Shown here piece after piece: positions 29,008-37,930 of a stretch of 64,000 nt of DNA. The notes beneath the pieces were generated by a model, which saw only the letters and a list, made by a program, of their open reading frames with translations, ran no database searches and had not been told where the DNA came from. Both the position numbers and the translations under genes were made by a program. Position 1 is the first letter of the stretch. Each line of letters starts with the position of its first letter. This stretch comes from Acidobacteriota bacterium (lineage in GTDB: Bacteria > Acidobacteriota > UBA6911 > RPQK01 > JAJDTT01), in the NCBI GenBank assembly GCA_965263035.1, contig OZ253580.1, positions 2,208,001 through 2,272,000 of the forward strand, read 5' to 3'.

Positions 29008-31084
29008 CCCGAGTTTACCGTGTTGGACAAAAAGATAAAGATAAGTTCTTTTTTTGCAGAGACATAGGTCAGCCCTCCCGTATGACCTACGGAGCCGCAT
29101 CAGAGGTTAGATCGTCTGGCTTTGTAGGTCTAGGATTTCGTACATCCTGCGCTGTTCGTCCGTCATCTGCGAGAGCGTCGTCCTGAGTTCGGGATTGCCG
29201 CCCTCCTCCTGTGCGGGATAGAGTACGTCGACTTCGCGGATCCCACCCAGTGCGTCGAGCAGTGCGGGGATCGAGCCCGACACGCCGTGGCGGCTCAGTT
29301 CCCGCTGCAGCAGTCCGCACAGCATCAGCGCCAGCACGCAGCAGAACACATGCACCGCGATCTTCTGATCCGTCCAGTGGTATTGCGGCCGGATCGCGAT
29401 GCAGTTGCTGTCCTTGAGTTGCCGGAAGGCGCTCTCGACATGATGCTGGGCGCGGTAGCCGCGCACCAACTCGGCGTCGCTCCAGCCCGCTTGGTCGGTG
29501 AACAGCAGGGTCTTGCCCAGCAACCTGCGCTGCAGCTGCTCCCAGGCGCGCCGCTGGAAGCGGTAATTCACCTTCGGCAAGCCGTCCTCCTCACGCACCT
29601 GGACGTCGAACAGGTCCCGCATGTGCCGGGCCCGCAGCCAGCCGTCAACCTTCTTGCGCGTGGTGGCCACGCCCGGCTTGCGCCCCCCACGGATCTTGCC
29701 GTCGCGCCAGCGGCGAAGCTGCCGCTGCAGCGCGCGCAGGTGCTGGCGCCGCTTCGCGATCTCACGCAGCAGCGTCCGGCACTGGGCGTCGAACAGCGCT
29801 TGGTTCCAAATCACCAGCACCGTGCGCTCGACGCCGAACACTTCGTAGTGGGTGCGGTAGGCGTGCACGCCGGGCAACCCGTCGGCCTCCAGCGAGCGCA
29901 ACTGGTCCGCCGGCACGGCCAGCAGGTCCGGGTGTTGGGTCGGCACCAGCGAGCCGATGAAGTGGAAGGGGCCGCGCTCGACCCAGTCCAGGTTCTCGCG
30001 CGAGTTGTTGCCCTTGTCGAAGACCAGGGTGACCGTCTCGGCGCCGGCCGCGATCTCATGGTAGCGCCGGGCCAAGTCGGCGGAGAGGCTCTGGAACAGC
30101 GGCGCGTCGGGCCGGTTGCCGGGATAGGTGCGATGCAGCAGGGGCAGGCGGAAGTCGGCCGTGACCAGCAGCGCCACGCCGATGATGCGCAACGACCTGC
30201 GGCCCTCCTTGCTGTGGCCGCGCTGGGCCAGCTGGGAGCGCTCGTTGAAAGAATCGATGTAGGTGAAGACGTTGGTGGCGTCAAACAGCACTTGGCGCAG
30301 GTCGAGGCCGAACTCACGGGTCATGGCGGTCACGATGTCGCGTTCGATGGCGGGGATGGCTGAGACGGGGACGCGGTGCATGTGGTCCCAGAAGCGCTGG
30401 CTGGTGAGCTGGCTGGAGCGCAGGGGGAGGAGGCGGCCGAGGGCGGTGGAGTCGAACCAGCGGGCGAGGCTGGCCTTGGAGCCGGGGGCGAGGCAGCGGT
30501 TGAGGACGGCGGCGAGCAGGTAGGTGCCGACGGAGGGGCCGGAGCCGCGCTTGGGGACATGGCGGTCGATGTGCTCGACGAGCTGCAAGCGGCGGGCGAG
30601 GGCGAGCAGGGCGGTGGAGGCGCCGAATTCGCGCACGACCGCCTCCAGTGGTTGGGCCAGCACGGGGGCGGCCCGAAGCTTCTCGATGATTTTGTCGGCG
30701 CGGCCGAGATAGGTCTGGGAAACGATCTTGGGCTTGCCGTGGACGCGTTTGCAGACGCGGGCGTAGTAGTAGGGGCGGCCGCGGATGATCTTCTTGACGA
30801 TGCTGGCCATATATTAGGTCATACACTAGCGTATCGAGAGGTCGATTGTCAAAGGTCCTCGCCTGAAATCAAAAATTTATCCTGCGAAATCAGATAGATA
30901 CTTCCGGGATTAACCTAGAACAGTCCAACAGGAATTAGGTCATACAAAAGTCGAGGTCACGGGCGCAGTGGCCTCGGTCGGGCTGGGTGGATAAACTCTT
31001 CCTTATCAATAACTTGAATTTGAGAAATCGGTCTGCCCATGCGCTAGGCCAGTGCTATGCTGACGCGAACACAGTAAACTCGGG
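29008..31084 (-). mobile_element. IS1634 family insertion sequence
   Basis: 17-bp TIR CCCGAGTTTACCGTGTT / AACACAGTAAACTCGGG (1 mismatch), flanked by CTAG at 29004 and 31085. Confidence 0.9.
29107..30810 (-). CDS. IS1634 family transposase
   Basis: MASIVKKIIRGRPYYY..YLG N-terminus, FDATN, RGHSKEGR, VFDKG, VESAFRQLK, IRPQYHWTDQKI. Confidence 0.92.
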   Translation of the reverse strand: MASIVKKIIRGRPYYYARVCKRVHGKPKIVSQTYLGRADKIIEKLRAAPVLAQPLEAVVREFGASTALLALARRLQLVEHIDRHVPKRGSGPSVGTYLLAAVLNRCLAPGSKASLARWFDSTALGRLLPLRSSQLTSQRFWDHMHRVPVSAIPAIERDIVTAMTREFGLDLRQVLFDATNVFTYIDSFNERSQLAQRGHSKEGRRSLRIIGVALLVTADFRLPLLHRTYPGNRPDAPLFQSLSADLARRYHEIAAGAETVTLVFDKGNNSRENLDWVERGPFHFIGSLVPTQHPDLLAVPADQLRSLEADGLPGVHAYRTHYEVFGVERTVLVIWNQALFDAQCRTLLREIAKRRQHLRALQRQLRRWRDGKIRGGRKPGVATTRKKVDGWLRARHMRDLFDVQVREEDGLPKVNYRFQRRAWEQLQRRLLGKTLLFTDQAGWSDAELVRGYRAQHHVESAFRQLKDSNCIAIRPQYHWTDQKIAVHVFCCVLALMLCGLLQRELSRHGVSGSIPALLDALGGIREVDVLYPAQEEGGNPELRTTLSQMTDEQRRMYEILDLQSQTI

Positions 31085-31088
31085 CTAG

Positions 31089-31247
31089 GAGCCTGCGCGG
31101 CAGAAATTGATCTACTGCGAAAGCGGTAGAATCGGTCCATATTTCCCCGATTTCTCGGCGAATAGAACAACTATGCACCTCCAAATCGAGAAAATCTGGC
31201 CTCGATTCCCCACTTTCTCGCTACGATCATTCCTACCGCGCAGACTC
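31089..31247 (+). mobile_element. 159-bp MITE (copy 1)
   Basis: Imperfect TIR GAGCCTGCGCGGCAGAAAT / GAGTCTGCGCGGTAGGAAT, CTAG on both sides; 155/159 identical by eye to the inverted copy at 59790-59948. Confidence 0.9.
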
Positions 31248-31369
31248 CTAGTTCCAGCGACTCTCCATTGCTTGAATCAACTTCTCTTGGTATTTGCCAG
31301 CACCAGTCTGCCTGATGTTTGGTCCCCGAGTTTATTGACTAGTCCGGACAACGGACTATCTTGGATGAC

Positions 31370-31612
31370 ATGGCTCTTGTGAACGTCAATGAAGTCAAGG
31401 CACAACTCCTCTCCCGGCTACTTGAACGTGTATGCGCAGGCGAGGAAATTGTCATTACCAAGGCGGGGAGGCCGTGCGCCCGCCTCGTGCCGTTGGACGC
31501 GTTGCCACAGCGAGTGCTGGGACGCTATCGGGATCGTGACGGTGAAGTGCCCGATTCGGTGTTCGCTCCCCTCGCCCAAGAGGATCTCGCAGCTTGGCAA
31601 GATGAGGGTTGA
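31370..31612 (+). CDS. Phd/YefM antitoxin (orphan)
   Basis: MALVNVNEVKAQLLSRLLERV..GEEIVITKAGRPCARLVP; upstream GACTAGTCC..GGACTA operator-like repeats. Confidence 0.82.
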   Translation: MALVNVNEVKAQLLSRLLERVCAGEEIVITKAGRPCARLVPLDALPQRVLGRYRDRDGEVPDSVFAPLAQEDLAAWQDEG

Positions 31613-31640
31613 ATCTGTATCCAGGTACTCACACTCGATC
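31609..31640 (+). pseudogene. Possible stub of the cognate VapC toxin
   Basis: TTG AAT CTG TAT CCA GGT ACT CAC ACT (MNLYPGTHT) overlaps the antitoxin stop and resembles a decayed MNLLLDTH start; there is no continuation. Confidence 0.4.
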
Positions 31641-31728
31641 GCAAGCTTCAAGACAGCCCCGGAAGCTAAGGGACCGGTCAACTTTCGGCACCGAACAGCA
31701 TAGTCTCAGCGCTTGTTCCGGCCAGTAA

Positions 31729-31770
31729 ACGGGAAAATCAATACTTCCTCTCTTGATTTTCCCGTATAAT
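31729..31770 (+). promoter_or_regulatory. Perfect 13-bp inverted repeat abutting a TATAAT -10 box
   Basis: ACGGGAAAATCAA-N11-TTGATTTTCCCGT; TATAAT at 31765-31770, 6 nt before GTG 31777. Confidence 0.7.
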
Positions 31771-31776
31771 AGCTGG

Positions 31777-32934
31777 GTGATACGACGTCAAGAGCACAGA
31801 GCATCGATCCGCGCACTACTCGACCAGTTCCCGGTCGTTGGACTGGTCGGCGCCCGGCAGGTCGGCAAGACGACTCTCGCCCGCGATCTGATCAATGACG
31901 CCGCGGAGCCGGTCACCACCTTCGACCTTGAAGATCCCACCGACGAAAGGCGTTTCGCCGATCCCAAGCTTGCTCTCGAATCACTGCGGGGGCTGGTCGT
32001 CATCGACGAAGTCCAGCGCAGCGAAGGGCTGTTCCGCCTCCTGCGGGTTCTGGTGGACCGCCCCGGCAACGCTGTCCGGTTCCTGGTCCTGGGAAGCGCC
32101 GGCCCCGATCTGCTGCGTCAGTCCTCCGAAACCCTCGCAGGACGAATTGCCTACTACGAACTTCCTCCTTTCCGGATCAGCGAAACCGGGACCGGAGCCG
32201 GCGCTGTTCGGAGACTCTGGTTGCGCGGGGGGTTCCCCCGTTCGTTTCTTGCCGACGGCGACGTCCGGAGCTTCAAGTGGCGAACCGAGTTCATTCGTAC
32301 GTTTCTTGAACGTGATCTGCCCCAGTTGGGAGTCTCCGTGCCGGCGGCTACGATGCGCCGGTTCTGGACCATGCTCGCCCACTACCATGGCAATCGGTGG
32401 AACAGCTCCGAACTCGGCCGCGCTCTCGGGGTCACCGCCCCCACTATCAATAGATATTTTGACGCGCTCGTCGATGCGTTGATCGTGCGCCGACTGCAAC
32501 CCTGGTATGAGAACCTGAAAAAACGGCAAGTCAAAGCTCCCAAGGTCTACCTCGCCGACACCGGGATGCTGCATGCGCTGCTTAGTATCGACTCGGAGTC
32601 CGCCCTCATGGGACACCCAAAATCGGGGGCTTCCTGGGAGGGATTCGCAATGCAGGAAATGTTGCGCATTGTCGGAGTCGACTGGGACCGATGCTACTAC
32701 TGGGCAACTCACCGGGGAGCAGAATTGGATCTGCTGGTGTTCGACGGCGGTCGCAGGATCGGATTCGAATTCAAGCGCACCAGCGCTCCGACCATGACGC
32801 GCTCCATGCACTCGGCAATGGCGGACTTGAAGCTCGACCGTCTCTTCGTCGTGTATCCCGGCGATGCGCGTTTTCCCCTCCATGATCGGGTGGAGGCCGT
32901 CGGGCTCGTGCACGCCTGTATCGAGGGACTCTGA
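31777..32934 (+). CDS. AAA+ ATPase with C-terminal DUF4143 (PD-(D/E)xK-like) domain
   Basis: GARQVGKT, IDEVQ, LVLGS, ETLAGRI, GGFP, KAPKVYLADTG, ELDL..FEFK. Confidence 0.9.
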   Translation: MIRRQEHRASIRALLDQFPVVGLVGARQVGKTTLARDLINDAAEPVTTFDLEDPTDERRFADPKLALESLRGLVVIDEVQRSEGLFRLLRVLVDRPGNAVRFLVLGSAGPDLLRQSSETLAGRIAYYELPPFRISETGTGAGAVRRLWLRGGFPRSFLADGDVRSFKWRTEFIRTFLERDLPQLGVSVPAATMRRFWTMLAHYHGNRWNSSELGRALGVTAPTINRYFDALVDALIVRRLQPWYENLKKRQVKAPKVYLADTGMLHALLSIDSESALMGHPKSGASWEGFAMQEMLRIVGVDWDRCYYWATHRGAELDLLVFDGGRRIGFEFKRTSAPTMTRSMHSAMADLKLDRLFVVYPGDARFPLHDRVEAVGLVHACIEGL

Positions 32935-32952
32935 CCGAGTGCGAATTTCTCA

Positions 32953-33189
32953 CCAAGTATCAGCGTCACCAGGAACGAGTGATACAATGCGAAGCAGTAT
33001 GGTGACAGCTATTGGCTGCATGTGGTGCGGGATCCGCTCGAGAACCCGGCCGCCGTTCCGGTCATGATTCGGAATCCCGACAAGCACTCAGATTACGCCA
33101 AAGAGGAGGTCGTGGCCGGCCGTGTCTTTCACGTTCCCGGGGGCGCGGTCGAACGAGCGGTGTTTAACCAGCAGGAGGCTGAGGCATGA
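32953..33189 (+). pseudogene. Remnant C-terminal DUF3883-like domain of an SNF2-type helicase
   Basis: Manual translation: PSISVTRNE*YNAKQYGDSYWLHVVRDPLENPAAVPVMIRNPDKHSDYAKEEVVAGRVFHVP..; fits the TxNEWxxAxxxGDxYWLYVV DUF3883 pattern with W->TGA. Confidence 0.65.
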
Positions 33190-33283
33190 ACCGGATACTC
33201 GATAATCGGGAGGTACGACATCCCATCTTCTACAGACTGTTGGGCCCCCTGGACCGCGCCAAGCCGACCGAGGTTCGGCGCGA

Positions 33284-35191
33284 GTGCGCATAACCCGTAT
33301 CGAGATTCGGAACTTCCGGTCGATCCGGCGCTTGGTCGTGGATCTCGGTGAAACGACGGTCTTTGTCGGGCCGAACAACGCCGGCAAGACCGCGATTCTC
33401 GACGCGTTACGGATCGCCCTGACGCGCCGCTGGGGGCGGCGCGGAACGGGATTCAGCGAGTACGATATTCATCTTGCGGATGACGCGGCTGATCCAAAGA
33501 TGTCCAGCGGCGTGAGCATCGACCTTCGTTCCGAGGAGTCGGAACCGGGAGAGTGGCCCGCAGCCATCTCGGAAGACCTCGCAGACATCGTTCAAGTGGA
33601 CCTCAATACTGACCGCCGGTCCGTGGCTCTGAGAACACGGTGGGTATGGAGCGAGGAAGCCGGCGCCTTCCAACCAAGCTGGGAGTTCCTCGACGCCAAG
33701 CGCGAACCGCTCGTCGGCCGCAGCGCACGTGGTGTCAACCTCGAACGATTCTGGCGCTACCTGCCGGTATTCTATCTCGGCGCGCTACGCGACGTCGGCG
33801 GAGAATTCTCGCCGCGCTCGCAGTTCTGGGGACGGCTGCTCAAGGCGTTGGAGATCCCAGCAGGCCTCGAATCTCGTGCGTTGCGGGTGCTCGACCTGCT
33901 AAACCGGCGCCTCCTGAAGGCAGACGCGCGCCTGCGAATGATCGCCAAGACACTGTCTGGGGCCACTAGAATCTCGGCGCGGGACCGGGAAGGTAGCCTG
34001 GACCTGCGGATGGTTCCATTGAAGACGTGGGACCTGATCTCCAGGGCCGAGATCATATTGCGCAACGAGCCCGACTCGCCGTGGCTACCGCTCCGGCGCC
34101 AGGGGCAGGGGATCCAAAGCCTGTCGGTCATCTTCTTGTTCCAGGCGTTCGTCGACCATGTGCTGCGCGAGTTGTACGAGCCGGGCAGCGAGCCGGTACT
34201 GGCCCTCGAAGAGCCGGAAACGCACCTCCACCCCCAGGCCGCACGCACCCTGTGGAGACACGTCCACGCGTTACCGGGGCAGAAGATCATCACTACTCAC
34301 TCACCGTACTTCGTGCAGCACGTCCCGTTCCGGGATCTGCGCCTCGTGCGGCTCACGGCAAACGGCACCGAAGTGCGGTCGCTGCCCGCGAGTTTCTCAG
34401 CCTCGATTCCCCCGCTCGACGGCCTTGAAGCGGTCGTGGCCAATTCGACCGGACAATTGAGTTACGAACGGGCATCGGAGACGCTGACCATCAATGGTGC
34501 GCTCAACGAACAACTCTATCGAACGTTGCTCAGGTGCTGCGGACGGCACAAGCGCCGCGATGATCTCGAGCAGACACTGAGGGAGTTGAGTGACCGCTCG
34601 TCTCGATTTATCAGCGACGATGAGCTTCGGTCACTCGAAACTTACGCCCGGCGCATGCGCGGCGAAATATTTTTCGCCGATCGCTGGGTGATCGTTGAGG
34701 GCCAAGCCGACTACATGATCGTGCACGCGCTCGCGCATGCCTCGGGCTACAATCTGGACGAGCATGGCGTCTCCGTGATCGACGCCCAGAACAACGGAAG
34801 CCCGGCTACATTCGCAGTGCTGGCTCGCGCGCTGGGCATCCCGTGGCTGGGCGTATTCGACGGCGACGACGAGGGCCGGAAGTACATCCGGGCCATCCGG
34901 AATCGTGGATTCGACGACGTCGAACTCGCACGACGATGTCGAACCCATACTGCCGGAGATTTGGAGGTGCAGCTCGTGGCCGACGGACTTGGCCCGGAAT
35001 TGCGTGAGACCTTGGCAGCGTTGGACGTTCCAGTTGGGCAAGACGACGGAGAACTGTTGACCCGATTGCGGGGCAATAAGACCGCGTATGCCGCGACCCT
35101 TGCGGCACGCGTTCGCGGCGATTTGAGCCTGGCACGGCGCGCACCGGAGGCATTCCGGACCACGATTGAGCAACTACCGGGGCTGAAGTGA
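33284..35191 (+). CDS. gajA: OLD-family ATP-dependent nuclease (ABC ATPase + TOPRIM), Gabija GajA-like
   Basis: IRNFRSI, GPNNAGKT, QGQGIQS signature, LEEPETHLHP, TTHSP, TOPRIM FFA..IVEGQAD and DGD. Confidence 0.82.
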   Translation: MRITRIEIRNFRSIRRLVVDLGETTVFVGPNNAGKTAILDALRIALTRRWGRRGTGFSEYDIHLADDAADPKMSSGVSIDLRSEESEPGEWPAAISEDLADIVQVDLNTDRRSVALRTRWVWSEEAGAFQPSWEFLDAKREPLVGRSARGVNLERFWRYLPVFYLGALRDVGGEFSPRSQFWGRLLKALEIPAGLESRALRVLDLLNRRLLKADARLRMIAKTLSGATRISARDREGSLDLRMVPLKTWDLISRAEIILRNEPDSPWLPLRRQGQGIQSLSVIFLFQAFVDHVLRELYEPGSEPVLALEEPETHLHPQAARTLWRHVHALPGQKIITTHSPYFVQHVPFRDLRLVRLTANGTEVRSLPASFSASIPPLDGLEAVVANSTGQLSYERASETLTINGALNEQLYRTLLRCCGRHKRRDDLEQTLRELSDRSSRFISDDELRSLETYARRMRGEIFFADRWVIVEGQADYMIVHALAHASGYNLDEHGVSVIDAQNNGSPATFAVLARALGIPWLGVFDGDDEGRKYIRAIRNRGFDDVELARRCRTHTAGDLEVQLVADGLGPELRETLAALDVPVGQDDGELLTRLRGNKTAYAATLAARVRGDLSLARRAPEAFRTTIEQLPGLK

Positions 35192-37122
35192 TGAATAGTG
35201 CGCTTGAAACGTCCTTGCGCGAGCTGACGGACATCCAGCGCCGAGCCGTCGAGTGGGACGACGGCCCCCTGCTCGTACTGGCCGGGCCCGGTTCCGGCAA
35301 GACCCGCGTGCTTACGTGCCGCGTCGCCCGTCTGCTGGAGTCGTCGCGGGAACAGCGCTTTCGCATCCTCGCGCTGACGTTCACCAACAAGGCAGCCCAC
35401 GAGATGGCGAACCGGGTGACGAGATTCGCCCCAGGCCTTGAGGGCCGCGCCGACATCAACACCTTCCATGGATTCTGCGCGCACGTGCTACGCCAGCACG
35501 GCGTGCATCTCGGCATCAAGCCAAACTTCGCGATCTACTCGCGGACCTCGGACCGACAGGCGGTGTTGGCAGATGCCCTTCGACGCGACCCCCGACGGTT
35601 CGGGCCCGATGATCGACGTCTCCTGCCCTGGATCGACGCCTTAAAGGCTCGGCTCGTCGGCCCGGAGCAGGCGAATCCGCGTGTTGCGCGCCGGTACGGC
35701 GCGTCCCCCAAAGATGCCAACCGGGTGGTCCGCGCCTACCGCCTGTACGAGGACGAGCTTCACCGCGCCAACGCCTTGGACTTCAATTCGCTCATCCTCA
35801 AGGCCTACGAGCTTTTCGGCTATCCTGCGATGGCCCGGCACTACCTGACCGTCTACCGATACTGGCTCGTCGACGAATTCCAGGACACGAACGGCGCCCA
35901 GTACGCGCTACTTCGGCGTATGGCCGGCGAGGACTTCCATCAACTCTTCGCCGTAGCCGACGACGACCAGACGATCTACGAGTGGAACGGGGCCAACGTG
36001 CGTCGGATACGCACATTGGTCGATGATTTCTCCTGCCACGTCGTCCAACTGCCGACCAACTTTCGCTGCCCGCCGCACATCGTCGAGGCCGCGAATCGCC
36101 TCGTCGTCTACAACGCGCGCCGTGCTGCGTGGAAGCAACCGGCACAACCGAGTCCACGTGCGCGCCGCGGGGAGATCGAGCATCGCGTATTCGCGACGGA
36201 CGAGAAAGAGATGGCCGACATTGCCGCCGAGATCGCCCGTCGGGATGACGTCGCGCGCGCCCAAACGGCGGTGCTGGCGAGAACCCGGGCATTGCTGGAG
36301 TCCATGCGTGAAGCCTTGGATGCCATAGGCGTCCCCGCGACGGTCCTAATGCGCCGCGACGACTTCGCCTCGCCCGAGATGCGTTGGCTGGTGGCCTGCC
36401 TGAAGCAGATCGACCGGCCGCTCGACAAGCGCAACATGGCGACGCTGGTCGAGACGTTCGGGGGCTTCGCCGCATTACCGCTGGATATCGACGAAATGAT
36501 GTCGCGTGCGGCGGCCGACGGAGTCACGTTGCTGTCGGTGTGGACGGATGCCGCACGAGAGGCCGGGCTGCCGTCCCCCGCCGCTGAGGTTGTCAGCGCA
36601 ATATCGAGTCTCACTGCTGGAAACATGCCACTGGCACCGGCGGTCCGCCAGATCCTCGGTCATTTCGAGACCCATGATCCGCATGACGACCTGAAGGACG
36701 ATCTGAGCGCCTGGCGCAGGATCGAGCGTGAAATCCGAGACGCGAACGGGTTCACGTCGTTGGACCGGTTCCTGCAGGAGTTGGAGATGCGCTCCAAGGA
36801 ACCCGTTCCAGTCCCGGGATCGGTGTCTCTGGCGACCATTCACGGCGCCAAGGGCCTCGAGTTCGATACGGTCTACCTAGTCGGAATGGCGGAAGAAATC
36901 CTACCCTCGTGGCACAGCATCAGGGAGAGAGACGGTAGCGCGGCTCTCGAGGAAGAACGCCGCGGCTGCTTTGTGGCCATCACGCGAACGAAGCGGTGCC
37001 TGATCCTGTCCCGGGCGCGCCAGTATAAGGGGTGGCAGAAAGAACCGTCCCGGTTTCTCGTAGAAATGGGTTTCCTGCAGGACGGTTCCGACGGCCCATC
37101 ACAAAGGGGGAGACGGTCGTGA
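35188..37122 (+). CDS. gajB: UvrD/Rep SF1 helicase, Gabija GajB-like
   Basis: AGPGSGKT, TFTNKAA, DEFQD, DDDQTIYEW, NFRC, TIHGAKGLEF, EEERR..VAITR; GTGA-coupled to the OLD nuclease. Confidence 0.82.
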   Translation: MMNSALETSLRELTDIQRRAVEWDDGPLLVLAGPGSGKTRVLTCRVARLLESSREQRFRILALTFTNKAAHEMANRVTRFAPGLEGRADINTFHGFCAHVLRQHGVHLGIKPNFAIYSRTSDRQAVLADALRRDPRRFGPDDRRLLPWIDALKARLVGPEQANPRVARRYGASPKDANRVVRAYRLYEDELHRANALDFNSLILKAYELFGYPAMARHYLTVYRYWLVDEFQDTNGAQYALLRRMAGEDFHQLFAVADDDQTIYEWNGANVRRIRTLVDDFSCHVVQLPTNFRCPPHIVEAANRLVVYNARRAAWKQPAQPSPRARRGEIEHRVFATDEKEMADIAAEIARRDDVARAQTAVLARTRALLESMREALDAIGVPATVLMRRDDFASPEMRWLVACLKQIDRPLDKRNMATLVETFGGFAALPLDIDEMMSRAAADGVTLLSVWTDAAREAGLPSPAAEVVSAISSLTAGNMPLAPAVRQILGHFETHDPHDDLKDDLSAWRRIEREIRDANGFTSLDRFLQELEMRSKEPVPVPGSVSLATIHGAKGLEFDTVYLVGMAEEILPSWHSIRERDGSAALEEERRGCFVAITRTKRCLILSRARQYKGWQKEPSRFLVEMGFLQDGSDGPSQRGRRS

Positions 37123-37211
37123 ACACTGACGACCGCCGTCTGATCGAGGACTACGTCCCTATGGAAGTGCTCACGCTATCATCGTTCCAGCCGATCAGAA
37201 CCAGGTCCTGA
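37119..37211 (+). pseudogene. N-terminal stub resembling a DUF1156 DNA methyltransferase
   Basis: GTGA-coupled to gajB, with RBS; reads MNTDDRRLIEDYVPMEVL (DUF1156 proteins typically start xDDRRLIEDxxP), then degenerates. Confidence 0.55.
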
Positions 37212-37611
37212 TACCCGGACCCCGGCAATCAGCGGTGCTTGATCCCGTTTAGGTGCAGAAGCATCCACCGGTGGGTTCCCCACCGTCGCCGTTTCCGAAC
37301 TAGGCCGGACTCCTGCGACGCTTTCTTCACTCACATGCAACTCAGATCGATCCCTTCCTCCGAGTGCAGCCGTAGCCGTACTTCTCTTATCGACGCCTCC
37401 AGCGCTGAATGGTTCGAGGACTCGCGGCGATGCTCTCGGACATCTGGATCCAGTTGTTCGTTCCAATCATCGCCGACTCCACGGTGCAGGGCGGATACAA
37501 CTCCATCCCATCCTCCTCTCCGATGGGGGAAATGTTCTATCCTGACCGCAAACCTGTTGGAACGGACAGATCACGTGCTGTCCAGACCGGACACTTCGCG
37601 TGTTGACGACA
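37212..37611 (-). mobile_element. Heavily decayed ISNCY/IS481-like transposase remnant with one end
   Basis: Minus strand gives NWIQMSESIAASPRTIQRWRRR*EKYGY and EEGIDLSCM*VKKASQESGLVRKRRR..MLLHLNG; end TGTCGTCAACACGCGAAGTGTCC at 37611. Confidence 0.6.
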
Positions 37612-37687
37612 TCCGCTCGCGGCGCCACCAACTTGATACGGTACCTGTGTAACACTATTTTGCGCCTTCCAGCTTAGAGTTCTTGCC

Positions 37688-37930
37688 ATGAAAAATGTGA
37701 CGATCACGCTACCAGAGGACTTGGCGCGGTGGCTGAGCGTCAAAGCGGCCGAGGATGACCGCAACGTCTCCCGATGGATCGTCGAGTTGTTGGAGCGAAT
37801 GCGGCGCCGGGAAGATGCCTACCAGGTGACAATGAAACGCTATTTGGCGATGAAACCGCGCAAGATCGAATGGCCCGAGGGACGCAAGCCGACGCGTGAG
37901 GAGTTGTATCACCGGCCCGGTCTTCGTTGA
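37688..37930 (+). CDS. CopG/RHH-type antitoxin
   Basis: MKNVTITLPEDLARWL..NVSRWI..PTREELY. Confidence 0.82.
   Translation: MKNVTITLPEDLARWLSVKAAEDDRNVSRWIVELLERMRRREDAYQVTMKRYLAMKPRKIEWPEGRKPTREELYHRPGLR

Noticed and set aside
31107-31382. Near-identical small ORFs MIYCESGRIGPYFPDFSAN.. here and at 59739-59930
   Set aside because: They are read-outs of the 159-bp MITE and diverge exactly at its end; not a protein family.
35188-37122. Housekeeping uvrD/pcrA
   Set aside because: Coupled to an OLD nuclease within an accessory region and lacks the usual C-terminal extension; a Gabija-like assignment fits better.
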